In this document: piece by piece, positions 49,761 through 58,895 of the stretch
How the letters are laid out: every line of letters starts with the position of its first letter
Position numbering within the stretch: the stretch's first letter is position 1
DNA from: Gemmatimonadota bacterium
GTDB taxonomy: Bacteria; Gemmatimonadota; Gemmatimonadetes; Gemmatimonadales; GWC2-71-9
Direction: 5' to 3'
Assembly (NCBI GenBank): GCA_036679605.1
Contig: JAZDCZ010000427.1
Span: 1-64,000 of the forward strand
DNA: 64,000 bases
The notes under the pieces: generated by a model
What the model saw: the letters and a program-made list of their open reading frames with translations, nothing else
Databases searched by the model: none
Told to the model about the DNA's origin: nothing
Translations under genes and position numbers: made by a program

Positions 49761-51728
49761 ATGTGCGGAATAGTGGGATACCTGGGAAACAACGAGTCAA
49801 CAGAACTCCTGATGCACGTCAGACGAGCCCTCCGAACGCTCGATCACAGAGGCCCAGACGACAGTGGCTTCGTAGTCTATGCGCCACGCGAGCGACGCGC
49901 GTATCTGATCGACAGGGACGACAACCGCAGTGCCATGAAGGAACCGTCAGACGACGGGTTGCCGGCTCGCAATGTCGTGATAGGCCATAACCGCCTTGCC
50001 ATAATGGACCCGACATCTGCCGGTCATCAGCCCATGCTCACACCCGATGGCCGTTATGTCCTACTCTACAACGGCGAGATCTACAACTACATCGAGTTGG
50101 GTAAGGAACTCGAGAACGCCGGATCTGTTTTTCGTTCCCGATGCGACACCGAAGTCCTGCTGCATGCATATGCGCGCTGGGGGAGCGGGTGTCTAACACG
50201 ACTGGTGGGCATGTTTGCGTTCGCGGTCGTGGACACTAAGAAACAAAAGCTCTTCTTGGCGAGAGACTTCTTCGGAATGAAACCGCTGTACTACTCCACC
50301 CTGGAGGGGGACTTCGCGTTCGCGTCGGAAATCTCGGCACTGTTGGAATTGCCCAAGATCTCTCGCCGAGCCGATCCACAGGCCCTACTCGATTACATGG
50401 TTCGGGGAATGACCGATTTGGGTGCCAGTACAATGTTTGCCGACGTCAAGGCGCTTCCGGCCGCCCACTACGCGGAAGTCTCGCTCGCCGATCAAGAGAC
50501 CATCAATCCTATTCGCTACTGGCAACCGAATCTCCACGACGAGCTGGAGATTTCCTTCGACGCCGCTGCTGCAAGACTGCGGGACATGTTTCTTGAAAGC
50601 GTGAGGCTTCACTTACGCAGTGATGCCCGAGTAGGGACTCTGTTGTCCGGGGGCATAGACTCGTCGGCGATCGTCATGGCCATGCGCGAGGTCGGGGGCG
50701 CCAACCTCGATATCGATACATTCAGCTACATAGGCGGCATCGGTGCAGTCAGCGAGGAACGCTGGATCGATTCCGTAAACGCCGCTGCGCGGGCCCGACC
50801 CCATAAGGTGTATCTCAAGCCAGACGACTGGTGGAATGACATCGGAGATCTAGTCGGGCTACAAGATGAACCCGTCGGCAGCGTCGCGATATACGTGCAA
50901 AACAGGGTGTTTCGCGCCGCCGCCGAGTCAGGGATTCGCGTAACGCTGGACGGACAGGGCGGTGACGAGCTACTGGCGGGATATCGACCGTTCTGGTCGG
51001 CACGGTTGGCGACACTTCTCAGAACGTTCAACTGGGGCTCCGCCAGGCAGTTCCTGAACAACCTATCACGATTCCGACAGCCCGGCGATCCACGAGCCAG
51101 CAGGATTACGGCGAGTGCGATTGCCTTGTTGGCGCCTGACAAGGCCACCGCGGCGATCAAGCAGTTGTTAGTGAAGCGCCGACATCCATGGTTGAATCAT
51201 GAAGGAGTAAGTCTAGATGGGTTGATGGATCGCGCACACCGTCCCCCAGGCGTGGGCATTATGCGGCACGCGCTGTGGCGCTCGATTACTGAGGGAAGCC
51301 TGCCGCGATTGCTGCACTGGGAAGACCGCAATGCTATGGCGTACTCGGTAGAGGCTCGTCTGCCGTTTCTCACACGGCAGATCGCAGAGTTCTTGCTCGC
51401 GTTGCCGGAAAACTATCTCGTATCTCAAGACGGGATCAGCAAGGCCGTTTTCCGCGCCGCGATGAAGGATATCGTACCCGATGACGTTCTCGGACGTCGC
51501 GACAAGGTCGGGTTTTCGGTTCCGAACGCCTACTGGCTCACTCAACTCCCTGACCTCGGAGCCCGCCTCGCTCTAGCTAGGGACATGGAGCTAGTTCAAT
51601 CTTCCTGGCTGGATGCCACCCTGGAAACCTGCAAGGACGGAAAACTCGACTCTCGGAGAACATTCGTGCTGTGGCGTTTGCTGGGCCTGTCCGAGTGGAC
51701 AAGGAAATTTGATGTAACGTTTGATTAG
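49761..51728 (+). CDS. asnB: Asparagine synthetase (glutamine-hydrolysing) family amidotransferase
   Basis: MCGI, HRGPD, RLAIMD, NGEIYN, LSGGIDSS, GQGGDEL and EARLPFL. Confidence 0.88.
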   Translation: MCGIVGYLGNNESTELLMHVRRALRTLDHRGPDDSGFVVYAPRERRAYLIDRDDNRSAMKEPSDDGLPARNVVIGHNRLAIMDPTSAGHQPMLTPDGRYVLLYNGEIYNYIELGKELENAGSVFRSRCDTEVLLHAYARWGSGCLTRLVGMFAFAVVDTKKQKLFLARDFFGMKPLYYSTLEGDFAFASEISALLELPKISRRADPQALLDYMVRGMTDLGASTMFADVKALPAAHYAEVSLADQETINPIRYWQPNLHDELEISFDAAAARLRDMFLESVRLHLRSDARVGTLLSGGIDSSAIVMAMREVGGANLDIDTFSYIGGIGAVSEERWIDSVNAAARARPHKVYLKPDDWWNDIGDLVGLQDEPVGSVAIYVQNRVFRAAAESGIRVTLDGQGGDELLAGYRPFWSARLATLLRTFNWGSARQFLNNLSRFRQPGDPRASRITASAIALLAPDKATAAIKQLLVKRRHPWLNHEGVSLDGLMDRAHRPPGVGIMRHALWRSITEGSLPRLLHWEDRNAMAYSVEARLPFLTRQIAEFLLALPENYLVSQDGISKAVFRAAMKDIVPDDVLGRRDKVGFSVPNAYWLTQLPDLGARLALARDMELVQSSWLDATLETCKDGKLDSRRTFVLWRLLGLSEWTRKFDVTFD

Positions 51729-52660
51729 GCGGGGGCAACTGCGGGTTGGGCACCGGAAGCTTGCCGACCGATGCCCAGCCTTGTGAGAAGCCAGTCCCAG
51801 TTGACGAAGACGAGGACCAACCATGTCTCGCCGACATGGACGTTCATCCCTACGATTACCGCAATGTGAAACATGAGAGCCATTGGGATGAGAATCCAGC
51901 GGGCCTTTCGGCTGAACAAGACAAAGATGAAAGACCATTCAAACAATACGGTACCAACACCTATCGCCAGGCACAAGAAGGGATGTTCCACAATCCAAAG
52001 TCCCAGGGCATGAAACCGTCCTTGGGTTGGGTCAACGTTGAACAGAAGAAACCAGCGCCTGATATTCTCGGCTGAACTCCAGCTCAATCCTGTGGTTACG
52101 AGCTTGCCGTATGCTGAGAACAGATAGATCTGGGCCACGAAGAGTTGGATCACTCGGAGAGGCCAACCGTATTGCCATGACGATAGGACGCCGCTTTGAG
52201 TGCGTTGCGACCTAGCCACCACTAGAGCGTCCCCACAGCGTGAGAAAGCCAATACCAGCAGGCCAATCGGAGCCAAGGTCAGACCGCGCCCATAGGGCAC
52301 AGCGCCCCACATTATTGTTTCGAGAGGTGCAAGGTGATAGATCAAGATACCAGCCAAAAAACACGACAGGCGAGGTAGAATCCCGAACAGGGCCGCGGAG
52401 AGCACGACAATCAAGATCGTCTGCAGGACCTCTTCAATAGCTGCATGTCCGGGGAATAGTAGGAATCTCCACTGCCGGCTCAGGGGCACGGTAGCCCAAA
52501 AATCCTGCAGCCCCGATACCGCGGCATAGTCACGTGACAAGATGATCCAGAGCGAGTGTGCCGCCAGCAGTATGCGCGCGGCAGCAAGGTTGCGAGCTAC
52601 GTCCGGTGTGAACCATAGACTGTTCCAAATGCCCCTGATACCTTCTAACACTTGTATCAT
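51725..52660 (-). CDS. HTTM-domain membrane protein
   Basis: Multi-TM protein with WPLRVIQLFVAQIYLFSAYGKL, VLFEWSF and MFHIAV. Start 52660 overlaps the upstream stop (ATGA). Confidence 0.7.
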   Translation of the reverse strand: MIQVLEGIRGIWNSLWFTPDVARNLAAARILLAAHSLWIILSRDYAAVSGLQDFWATVPLSRQWRFLLFPGHAAIEEVLQTILIVVLSAALFGILPRLSCFLAGILIYHLAPLETIMWGAVPYGRGLTLAPIGLLVLAFSRCGDALVVARSQRTQSGVLSSWQYGWPLRVIQLFVAQIYLFSAYGKLVTTGLSWSSAENIRRWFLLFNVDPTQGRFHALGLWIVEHPFLCLAIGVGTVLFEWSFIFVLFSRKARWILIPMALMFHIAVIVGMNVHVGETWLVLVFVNWDWLLTRLGIGRQASGAQPAVAPA

Positions 52661-53301
52661 TGAGGTTTCGAGTATTCGTAAAGTGGCACCAGTCGCATTG
52701 TGGACATGTCTTGGTACATTGCCTCCAGATCCCAAATACTTCGATACCACCTGACTGCAACAAAGCGATCTGCCGGCACATCATCTGGATTCAGCCACCC
52801 TGGCGGGTATATCATGTGCGCTGGTGCTACGAGCGGCCCAAGAAACCGACCTAGGTAGCCGGGTTCTTTTCCTTTCCGAACATTCTGGCGGGCCCGATTC
52901 ATCTGTCTGAGGAAATACTCTCCGACCTTGCCTTGCTGTTCACGAGTAAGGCCCACAAAGTCTTGTAGCATCCATGTGCCGAGTTCGTGGGCGTTCAACG
53001 GCTCGAAGGCTCTGTAGTCTACCGGATACTCTTTGCCATCAGCCGTTACTCCGAAGGTACGCCAATCGGGCCAGCCTCCACCCGACTGGGTACGAGTAAC
53101 GAGATCCCAGGATGAGAAGGGCCAGAGATTGATCCGAAGTACGGCGTTCCCAAAACTGATGACGACTACGTACACGAGAAGCAGCGTTATGAGTGCGCGC
53201 TGTCGGCGTTCGGACTTCACCTTACCAAGCAGGAACACAAGGGACCAACCCGCCACGATGAAGCCTCCAAACTCCACCGCAGCTACGATGTCAGTCATCA
53301 C
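52657..53301 (-). CDS. Membrane-anchored hypothetical protein, probable HTTM partner
   Basis: Two TM helices followed by LWPFSSW. Coupled to the HTTM gene. Confidence 0.6.
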   Translation of the reverse strand: MMTDIVAAVEFGGFIVAGWSLVFLLGKVKSERRQRALITLLLVYVVVISFGNAVLRINLWPFSSWDLVTRTQSGGGWPDWRTFGVTADGKEYPVDYRAFEPLNAHELGTWMLQDFVGLTREQQGKVGEYFLRQMNRARQNVRKGKEPGYLGRFLGPLVAPAHMIYPPGWLNPDDVPADRFVAVRWYRSIWDLEAMYQDMSTMRLVPLYEYSKPQ

Positions 53302-54208
53302 TCGGCAGCCTCACTTGGGCCTCCTTGCTGTTCGCCAGTCGGACGAAGCCGTCATGGCAACAGAGCTGCCACCCGTAACCGGTAGCATGAGCAATCCCGG
53401 GACGATCGTGAACAGAAGTTCGTTCGAACCCCATGACGGCTTTGTACCTGATTCTCGACCCCCTCGAATCGACCAACGGTTCAGTGTAGCGAGGAAACAA
53501 CCCCTTCATGAAGTGCCATACGCGTTCAACGTCCCAATGTGTAAAGTCGACCATCGGCACGTTGGTTCCTACGCTCGGGGCGCAAGTCGCTAGAGTATCG
53601 TCCTGCACCCGCGCTTCGTTCATCAGACTATCCAGGTTTGCCACCACCCTTCTGACCAGGTCTCCACCGAGACGCGACAACTTCGCATACATCTCCTCTA
53701 TCGGCTCTCCGCGACGAAGCTCCGTGCCCGCTTGGGCAAGGATCGGCCCGGCGTCGACACGCTCCGTGACCACGTGAACGGTGACCCCGGTAGTTCGATC
53801 ATTGTGATAGTAGGTCCAGAAATATGGGTTCGGCCCACGGTGTCTGGGCAACAGTGACGGATGCATGTTAATCACCCCTCGCCCAGACAGGGCGAGTAAG
53901 TTCGCCCCAAGAATCCAAGGGAATGTGGCGATACAGACCAAGTCCGGGCATTCGGATCGCATCATGCCGGCAACATGGGGATCGTTTCCAGATGAAGTTG
54001 TCACCGTTGGAACACGCGCTCGCTTGACCCATTCAGTGACGGGATCCTTCTTCAATAGACCGATTGTCCTAGCCGTACGCCCGACCGCCCGTCTCCAGAA
54101 TGGACTCCGAGACCGTGGGCGTACCACAATCACATCATGCTCGGCCGCCACCGCCGTAAGCGGCAAAAGCCCCATCAATCCTCCCGACACGAAGAACACG
54201 ACTTTCAT
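53291..54208 (-). CDS. Formyltransferase-family protein
   Basis: INMHPSLLPRHRGPNP and GVTVH...VDAGPI. Confidence 0.88.
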   Translation of the reverse strand: MKVVFFVSGGLMGLLPLTAVAAEHDVIVVRPRSRSPFWRRAVGRTARTIGLLKKDPVTEWVKRARVPTVTTSSGNDPHVAGMMRSECPDLVCIATFPWILGANLLALSGRGVINMHPSLLPRHRGPNPYFWTYYHNDRTTGVTVHVVTERVDAGPILAQAGTELRRGEPIEEMYAKLSRLGGDLVRRVVANLDSLMNEARVQDDTLATCAPSVGTNVPMVDFTHWDVERVWHFMKGLFPRYTEPLVDSRGSRIRYKAVMGFERTSVHDRPGIAHATGYGWQLCCHDGFVRLANSKEAQVRLPSDD

Positions 54209-54262
54209 CCTGTCCGTCTCGGGCCTTGACTACTCGGGGACCTTCGATGCATTCGTAGGGTC

Positions 54263-54811
54263 ATGAAAGATCGGACGAAAGCACAGATAATTCCTCCGCC
54301 CCTACTGGAGAGCTTCGCAGATTTGTTACGAAATTCAGGTCGCACTGTCGAATCTATCATGGTCGGCAGCAGCATGTCTCCCTCGATACCAAATGGCTCG
54401 CCCATCCGCATCAAATGTGGCCGCCCCCAGCAACTTAACATCGGCGGTGTAGTGGTCTACTTCAGGAATAGTCACCCCGTGACCGGTCATCGCGTTGTAG
54501 GCTGGGGGCGACGGAACCACGTTAAGGATCTCGTTGTGACCCGTGGTGACGGCAACCTGGTGTGCGATGTACCTACGCCCCGGAGTACGGTCCTAGGAGT
54601 GGTAACGGAGTTCTGTCTCGCCGGAGAATGGCATCCGGTGCCGACTTACCGACGGGCGGGTCCAGTGCATAGGGCCATAGCAACCACACTCAAGGCTACG
54701 ACTCTACTGGCTCTAGACGTCCATCCAAATCTTGGTAACTGGTTCGCCCTCACAATGGTGCGGCTTGCCCACATCGCACGCCTATCACTCCAAAAGGTCG
54801 GCATCCGGTAG
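54263..54811 (+). CDS. S24/S26-family peptidase
   Basis: GSSMSPSI (Ser nucleophile), GHRVV and TRGDGN. Confidence 0.75.
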   Translation: MKDRTKAQIIPPPLLESFADLLRNSGRTVESIMVGSSMSPSIPNGSPIRIKCGRPQQLNIGGVVVYFRNSHPVTGHRVVGWGRRNHVKDLVVTRGDGNLVCDVPTPRSTVLGVVTEFCLAGEWHPVPTYRRAGPVHRAIATTLKATTLLALDVHPNLGNWFALTMVRLAHIARLSLQKVGIR

Positions 54812-55576
54812 TGACGCGGCTCGCCCCGCCGCCCTCGACCGCAACTCTTCTGACATTCTCGCAGCGACTGCGATCTCCGCTCGATCAAATCCAGCCTCTC
54901 GTCTTTCGTCTTCGGCCACTGGGTACCGATTCATGTGGGCCCCCTTCTCGAACACATACTCGAACGCGCTCACGGCCTCAGTGAGAGCACTGGCCATAGC
55001 AAGCACGTTCTTCGGATCCTTCCGAACCTGGGCCCGCACCCAGTGGTTGGCGAAGCCTACATGCAGTATTTCGTCGGCCTGTTGGGAGTCCATCATCTCT
55101 GCGAGCGCTTCGTCACCTTCTGCACGCGCCTCTGCGACCGCAAACGTGGCCGCATCCAACCCGTCGGCCTCGAAGGTCCTGTTCTCCACCGCCAACCGAC
55201 CGATCAGCGTGTCTATCTTCTGCAAGATTCTGTACTGGAAGTTCAACACAGGATAGTCGCCGACCTCCACACCGCGCTGCCGCATGATACGCAAGTACGC
55301 CAATACGTGCCGTGCCTCGTCCGAACATTGGCGCGCCAGGCTCTTTCGAACATCCCAGTCGGCATCTGGAAAATCAACGATGCTCTTGGCGGCATTCTCC
55401 ATCACATTTGCTTCTTCGTTCATTTGTCGATGAAAGAATTCCAAGCGGTATTCGTTACTACCAACCCGAAAACTTACCAATTCCTTCCAACGGTCCTTGA
55501 CCTCGAACCTGGAATCGCGAGCTGGGTCGTCGGCAAGTATCGACTCCAAGACCTGAGATCTGGGAGCGTCGGTCAT
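54785..55576 (-). CDS. Ferritin-like diiron protein (DUF455-like)
   Basis: E..DEARH..E..ADEILH, i.e. two ExxH motifs. Confidence 0.8.
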   Translation of the reverse strand: MTDAPRSQVLESILADDPARDSRFEVKDRWKELVSFRVGSNEYRLEFFHRQMNEEANVMENAAKSIVDFPDADWDVRKSLARQCSDEARHVLAYLRIMRQRGVEVGDYPVLNFQYRILQKIDTLIGRLAVENRTFEADGLDAATFAVAEARAEGDEALAEMMDSQQADEILHVGFANHWVRAQVRKDPKNVLAMASALTEAVSAFEYVFEKGAHMNRYPVAEDERREAGFDRAEIAVAARMSEELRSRAAGRAASLPDADLLE

Positions 55577-56577
55577 TGTGATTCCTCGCTGTCTTGGTGT
55601 CCTCGTTCACCCTCGATCGCGGAAACCAGCGATTCATCCTCCTCCATCAACCGCTCCAATTGAGCGACGGCGGCCTCCGGGCTGCGCGAATCCAGATAAT
55701 GGCACGGCACACTGGCAACCAAAGAAAGAATTGACATCAATTGTGGTCCCCGCCCGGCGCCCCACAGGCAACAAGCCAAGGGGGAAAACAAACGGACGTT
55801 CCGACGGATAGGACCTACGCTCTCCAACTTAGTCTGGTGCCCAAAGCGCCGTAAGCAAACGACTCGTCGCAGTGGCACTGGACGGGCACGCGCAGCGGGA
55901 AATAAGTCCGAAACACTTGCCCGTCGCCGCACACTACCGTCCGGAAACCGCTCAGTCCGGACCTCACAGCTCTCTAACGCCCGGCGAACCTCTGGTGCGG
56001 ATGGGCCCGACCGCAGGGACACAGAGAGACGCATCGGCAGCAAAGTACTAGTGTCACCCCGAACGGCAGCCACCTCGTCCCCAAGAAAATCATGTCCGCG
56101 AGCCGCCAGTCCAAGAGACAAAGTCGTCTTGCCCGATCCCTTCGGTCCCGTGATGAGGAGACCCTTGCCATGCACGCCCACCGACGCGGCATGGAGAAAC
56201 AGCACATTGCGCTGGAGCGTCAGAACATGACTTACGGCAAGGTTCCGAACCAAGTCGCACCATTGTTGGCGACCGTCCGCAAGGACCTGGTTGCGGCAAA
56301 ATCCGTAGCGCTCCGCCGTTCCACGCGCCAGGATTTGCCAGTCTCGGAGTCCAGAGCTTACCCACTCGTACCCTCTCCCCGAGAACAGGAACCCGGTGAG
56401 TGAAGCTAGATCCACTGGCTTGCCACTTTGGGAGGAAACAAGAATCAAATCGCCTTGCTCCGACGAACACAGAGTGTAGCTAACGATCGTTCCCTGTTTT
56501 CCTACGTGCGGACTGACCCGGCATTCCCTGTATAGTTGATCAAACTGCCTTCGGAATTCAATTTGACGAGCCCGCAA
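55573..56577 (-). CDS. HPr-kinase-like P-loop protein
   Basis: FLHAASV..GLLITGPKGSGKTTL..FLGDEV. The frame stays open upstream to 56754, so the start is uncertain. Confidence 0.8.
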   Translation of the reverse strand: MRARQIEFRRQFDQLYRECRVSPHVGKQGTIVSYTLCSSEQGDLILVSSQSGKPVDLASLTGFLFSGRGYEWVSSGLRDWQILARGTAERYGFCRNQVLADGRQQWCDLVRNLAVSHVLTLQRNVLFLHAASVGVHGKGLLITGPKGSGKTTLSLGLAARGHDFLGDEVAAVRGDTSTLLPMRLSVSLRSGPSAPEVRRALESCEVRTERFPDGSVRRRASVSDLFPAARARPVPLRRVVCLRRFGHQTKLESVGPIRRNVRLFSPLACCLWGAGRGPQLMSILSLVASVPCHYLDSRSPEAAVAQLERLMEEDESLVSAIEGERGHQDSEESQ

Positions 56578-56754
56578 ACTTAGGAAGCCGTCACCGAGCC
56601 GATACCAGTGGGTATCGCCCGAAGGCGAGGACTCTAAGAGAGGAATGCGGGCAATGCTTGTGGCCAGCCAGTTACGATCGCTAGGTGACGCTGCAGGATC
56701 TCTAGCTGGTTCGTCGTGGCTCGACCTAGCTTCGCATCGGTGTAGGCTCGAAGC

Positions 56755-56877
56755 TCAGCCCGTCCACCAGGTCGCTGCGGCCACATGCACCTGGAATGCC
56801 GCCAGAATCTCCGACTCGTCCATCACCTGCAGTTTGGGGGGCTCATACTTGGGTTTGGGATTGTTCGTGGATTCCAT
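56755..56877 (-). CDS. Putative RiPP precursor peptide (40 aa)
   Basis: MESTNNPKPKYEPPKLQVMDESEILAAFQVHVAAATWWTG. GAGGT RBS, YxxPxL RRE-binding motif, and position directly downstream of the PqqD gene. Confidence 0.8.
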   Translation of the reverse strand: MESTNNPKPKYEPPKLQVMDESEILAAFQVHVAAATWWTG

Positions 56878-56919
56878 ATAGTGACCTCACGGCTAGATGG
56901 TTACGGGTAACAAACAGTA

Positions 56920-57207
56920 TCACTGTGCCACGGCCGGCGCAACCATGCTCAGTTCGGTAAACTGCTGCATAGCAGCTTGCACATCGTGCTCGACCTTTTC
57001 TTCATCCGCACCCTCAAACCCGGTACAGATCTCCGTTACTATCTCGCTCTCCGTGCGGGGACTCTCCAACAAGTCCCACATGAAGGCGGCTGTAGGATTG
57101 AGTACACAAAACTTGTTGGTAGCGGAGTCGTAGAGCACTGTTTCGCCACGCATCGGCGCCGCCTCTACAGTCGGGTTTCTCACGTATTGCGTCACTGCGT
57201 GCTCCAT
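56920..57207 (-). CDS. PqqD-family RiPP recognition element (RRE)
   Basis: ETVLYD..FCVLNPTAAFMWDLLE..EIVTEIC..F...VEHDV. Confidence 0.9.
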   Translation of the reverse strand: MEHAVTQYVRNPTVEAAPMRGETVLYDSATNKFCVLNPTAAFMWDLLESPRTESEIVTEICTGFEGADEEKVEHDVQAAMQQFTELSMVAPAVAQ

Positions 57208-57273
57208 CCTCGAAAAAACGGTCTTCTCAGATAGCGCAGAAGCACGTCCATTGTCAAGCGCCTAGGAACTGGA

Positions 57274-58116
57274 TCACTCAGCTCGTCGCCACCTCCGCAA
57301 CAGCCGAAACGGCGCCACTAACTGTCCCGCTAGCGACTCCGCCATCGTCACATCCGATATGCCATAGGAATCCGGCCGTTCCCGCTCCTCCGCAGCTGTT
57401 CCGAACAGGAAATCCCAGACGCTGAACATCAAACCGAGGTTCTTGTTGTAGTACCTGGCGTCCGGCGAGTGATGGATCGAGTGGAAGACCGGACTCACAA
57501 CGACCCTGTAGAATGGTCCCAACCGCCAATCCAGCTCGGCGTGCTGCAATGCCTGGAGACCGGTCATAACAATCCATAGGGGCAGCCAGGTGGCCGTGGG
57601 AATCCCCAAGACCAGCACGAATATTATGAACGACACCAGATCCGTATACAGAAACTCCAATGGGTGACGGCGGTACTGAGTCAGTGTTGTGAGCCGCTCC
57701 TGAGAGTGGTGGATCGTGTGGAACGCCCAGAACCACTGATTCGCATGCTGTAGGCGGTGAATCCAATAGAGGATAAAGTCGAAACCGACTAAGTAGATGG
57801 CAAGTTGAACCGCAAGCGGCAACCCAGGGAGCAATTCGAGTTTCAGGAACTCCAAGTGGGGTTGCAGAGCGTTGGCAGTGGCAGCATAGACCAATTGAGT
57901 GTAAAGACCGCTGCGATAGAAGAGCGCGTATGCTGCATCCACAAGGAAGCCCCGAGTCGCATATCGCGCCGTTACTGTACCCTTCCGTCGTTCAAATAGG
58001 TAGACAATAAGAACGATGAGGCAAACCAGAACCGCACCACGCACAACCGACCGCCCCAACACACCGAGCTGAGTGGCTGCGACTAGTTGTTCTACGATTT
58101 CGATGATGTGCTCCAT
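57274..58116 (-). CDS. Sterol desaturase / fatty-acid hydroxylase superfamily membrane diiron enzyme
   Basis: His boxes YWIHRLQH, FHTIHHS, QHAEL and FHSIHHS. Confidence 0.9.
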   Translation of the reverse strand: MEHIIEIVEQLVAATQLGVLGRSVVRGAVLVCLIVLIVYLFERRKGTVTARYATRGFLVDAAYALFYRSGLYTQLVYAATANALQPHLEFLKLELLPGLPLAVQLAIYLVGFDFILYWIHRLQHANQWFWAFHTIHHSQERLTTLTQYRRHPLEFLYTDLVSFIIFVLVLGIPTATWLPLWIVMTGLQALQHAELDWRLGPFYRVVVSPVFHSIHHSPDARYYNKNLGLMFSVWDFLFGTAAEERERPDSYGISDVTMAESLAGQLVAPFRLLRRWRRAE

Positions 58117-58331
58117 TTATGAAGATCAATCCCTAGTTGCCATCATACACATTCTTCACAGTTGCCGCGAGAGAAGGCCCTATCTTACTTCTTCAAGATC
58201 AGTCTAGTAAACTTGAGTCTGGTCGAGCCGCGATGCCGTTCTCGCAAGCCATTTATGGAAGATCACTAGCGGCTCGACTCGGTGGTTCCATCTGCGGCAC
58301 CACCGATCATCCGAGCACTCCGGGAGGCCCA

Positions 58332-58895
58332 ATGGGATTATCCGTCCGTGAACGCGCCGACGTGGTTGCCACGTTTCGGTTCATCTCGGTCTACTTGATG
58401 GAAACACTGGCGCGGTGGGTACCCACCACACCAGAACTCGAGGTCAAGGTGTTGTTTGGCCGACACCTGTGGGATCTGGCTCAACACGCAGACGCGTTCG
58501 GCAAGCGAACCGCCGAATTGCGCCTAGCAGTACAGGCTTCGCGGGAACCGACAACTCAATTTATGAAGGTTCTCAAGGAATTCGCGCAGGTTGGCGATAC
58601 GGCCGAGCGGGTCGATGGGTTCTACGCCGGAGTCATGCCGGGACTGGAAGTGGTGTACCGCAACTTCCTGGATACGACTGACCCGATCATGGACGAGCCG
58701 ACTGTCCGGATTGTCGAGCGGGTTCTTATAGACTTTACACGAATGCGAGACGACCGCGAGAAGCTGCGAACCGAGCAACCGGAGATCGCGCTGACTGAAA
58801 ACCAATGGGTGAGCAAACTCTCAGAGGCTGGCGGCAGCTTTCGCGACATCGTCGATTTTCGGCCGGCACCGCAGACACCCGCCACAGTCTCATGA
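58332..58895 (+). CDS. Ferritin-like protein with degenerate metal ligands
   Basis: GGAGG RBS. Helical pattern METLARW..ELEVK..GRHLWDLAQHAD. ATGA-coupled to the next gene. Confidence 0.6.
   Translation: MGLSVRERADVVATFRFISVYLMETLARWVPTTPELEVKVLFGRHLWDLAQHADAFGKRTAELRLAVQASREPTTQFMKVLKEFAQVGDTAERVDGFYAGVMPGLEVVYRNFLDTTDPIMDEPTVRIVERVLIDFTRMRDDREKLRTEQPEIALTENQWVSKLSEAGGSFRDIVDFRPAPQTPATVS

Noticed and set aside
49761..51728. Lasso cyclase making this a standard lasso peptide cluster
   Set aside because: The protein is a full AsnB with an N-terminal Cys, no transglutaminase-like B2 protease is present, and the precursor core has no ring-forming Asp/Glu.
56920..57207. PQQ biosynthesis
   Set aside because: No pqqB, pqqC or pqqE, and the peptide lacks the ExxxY motif of PqqA.
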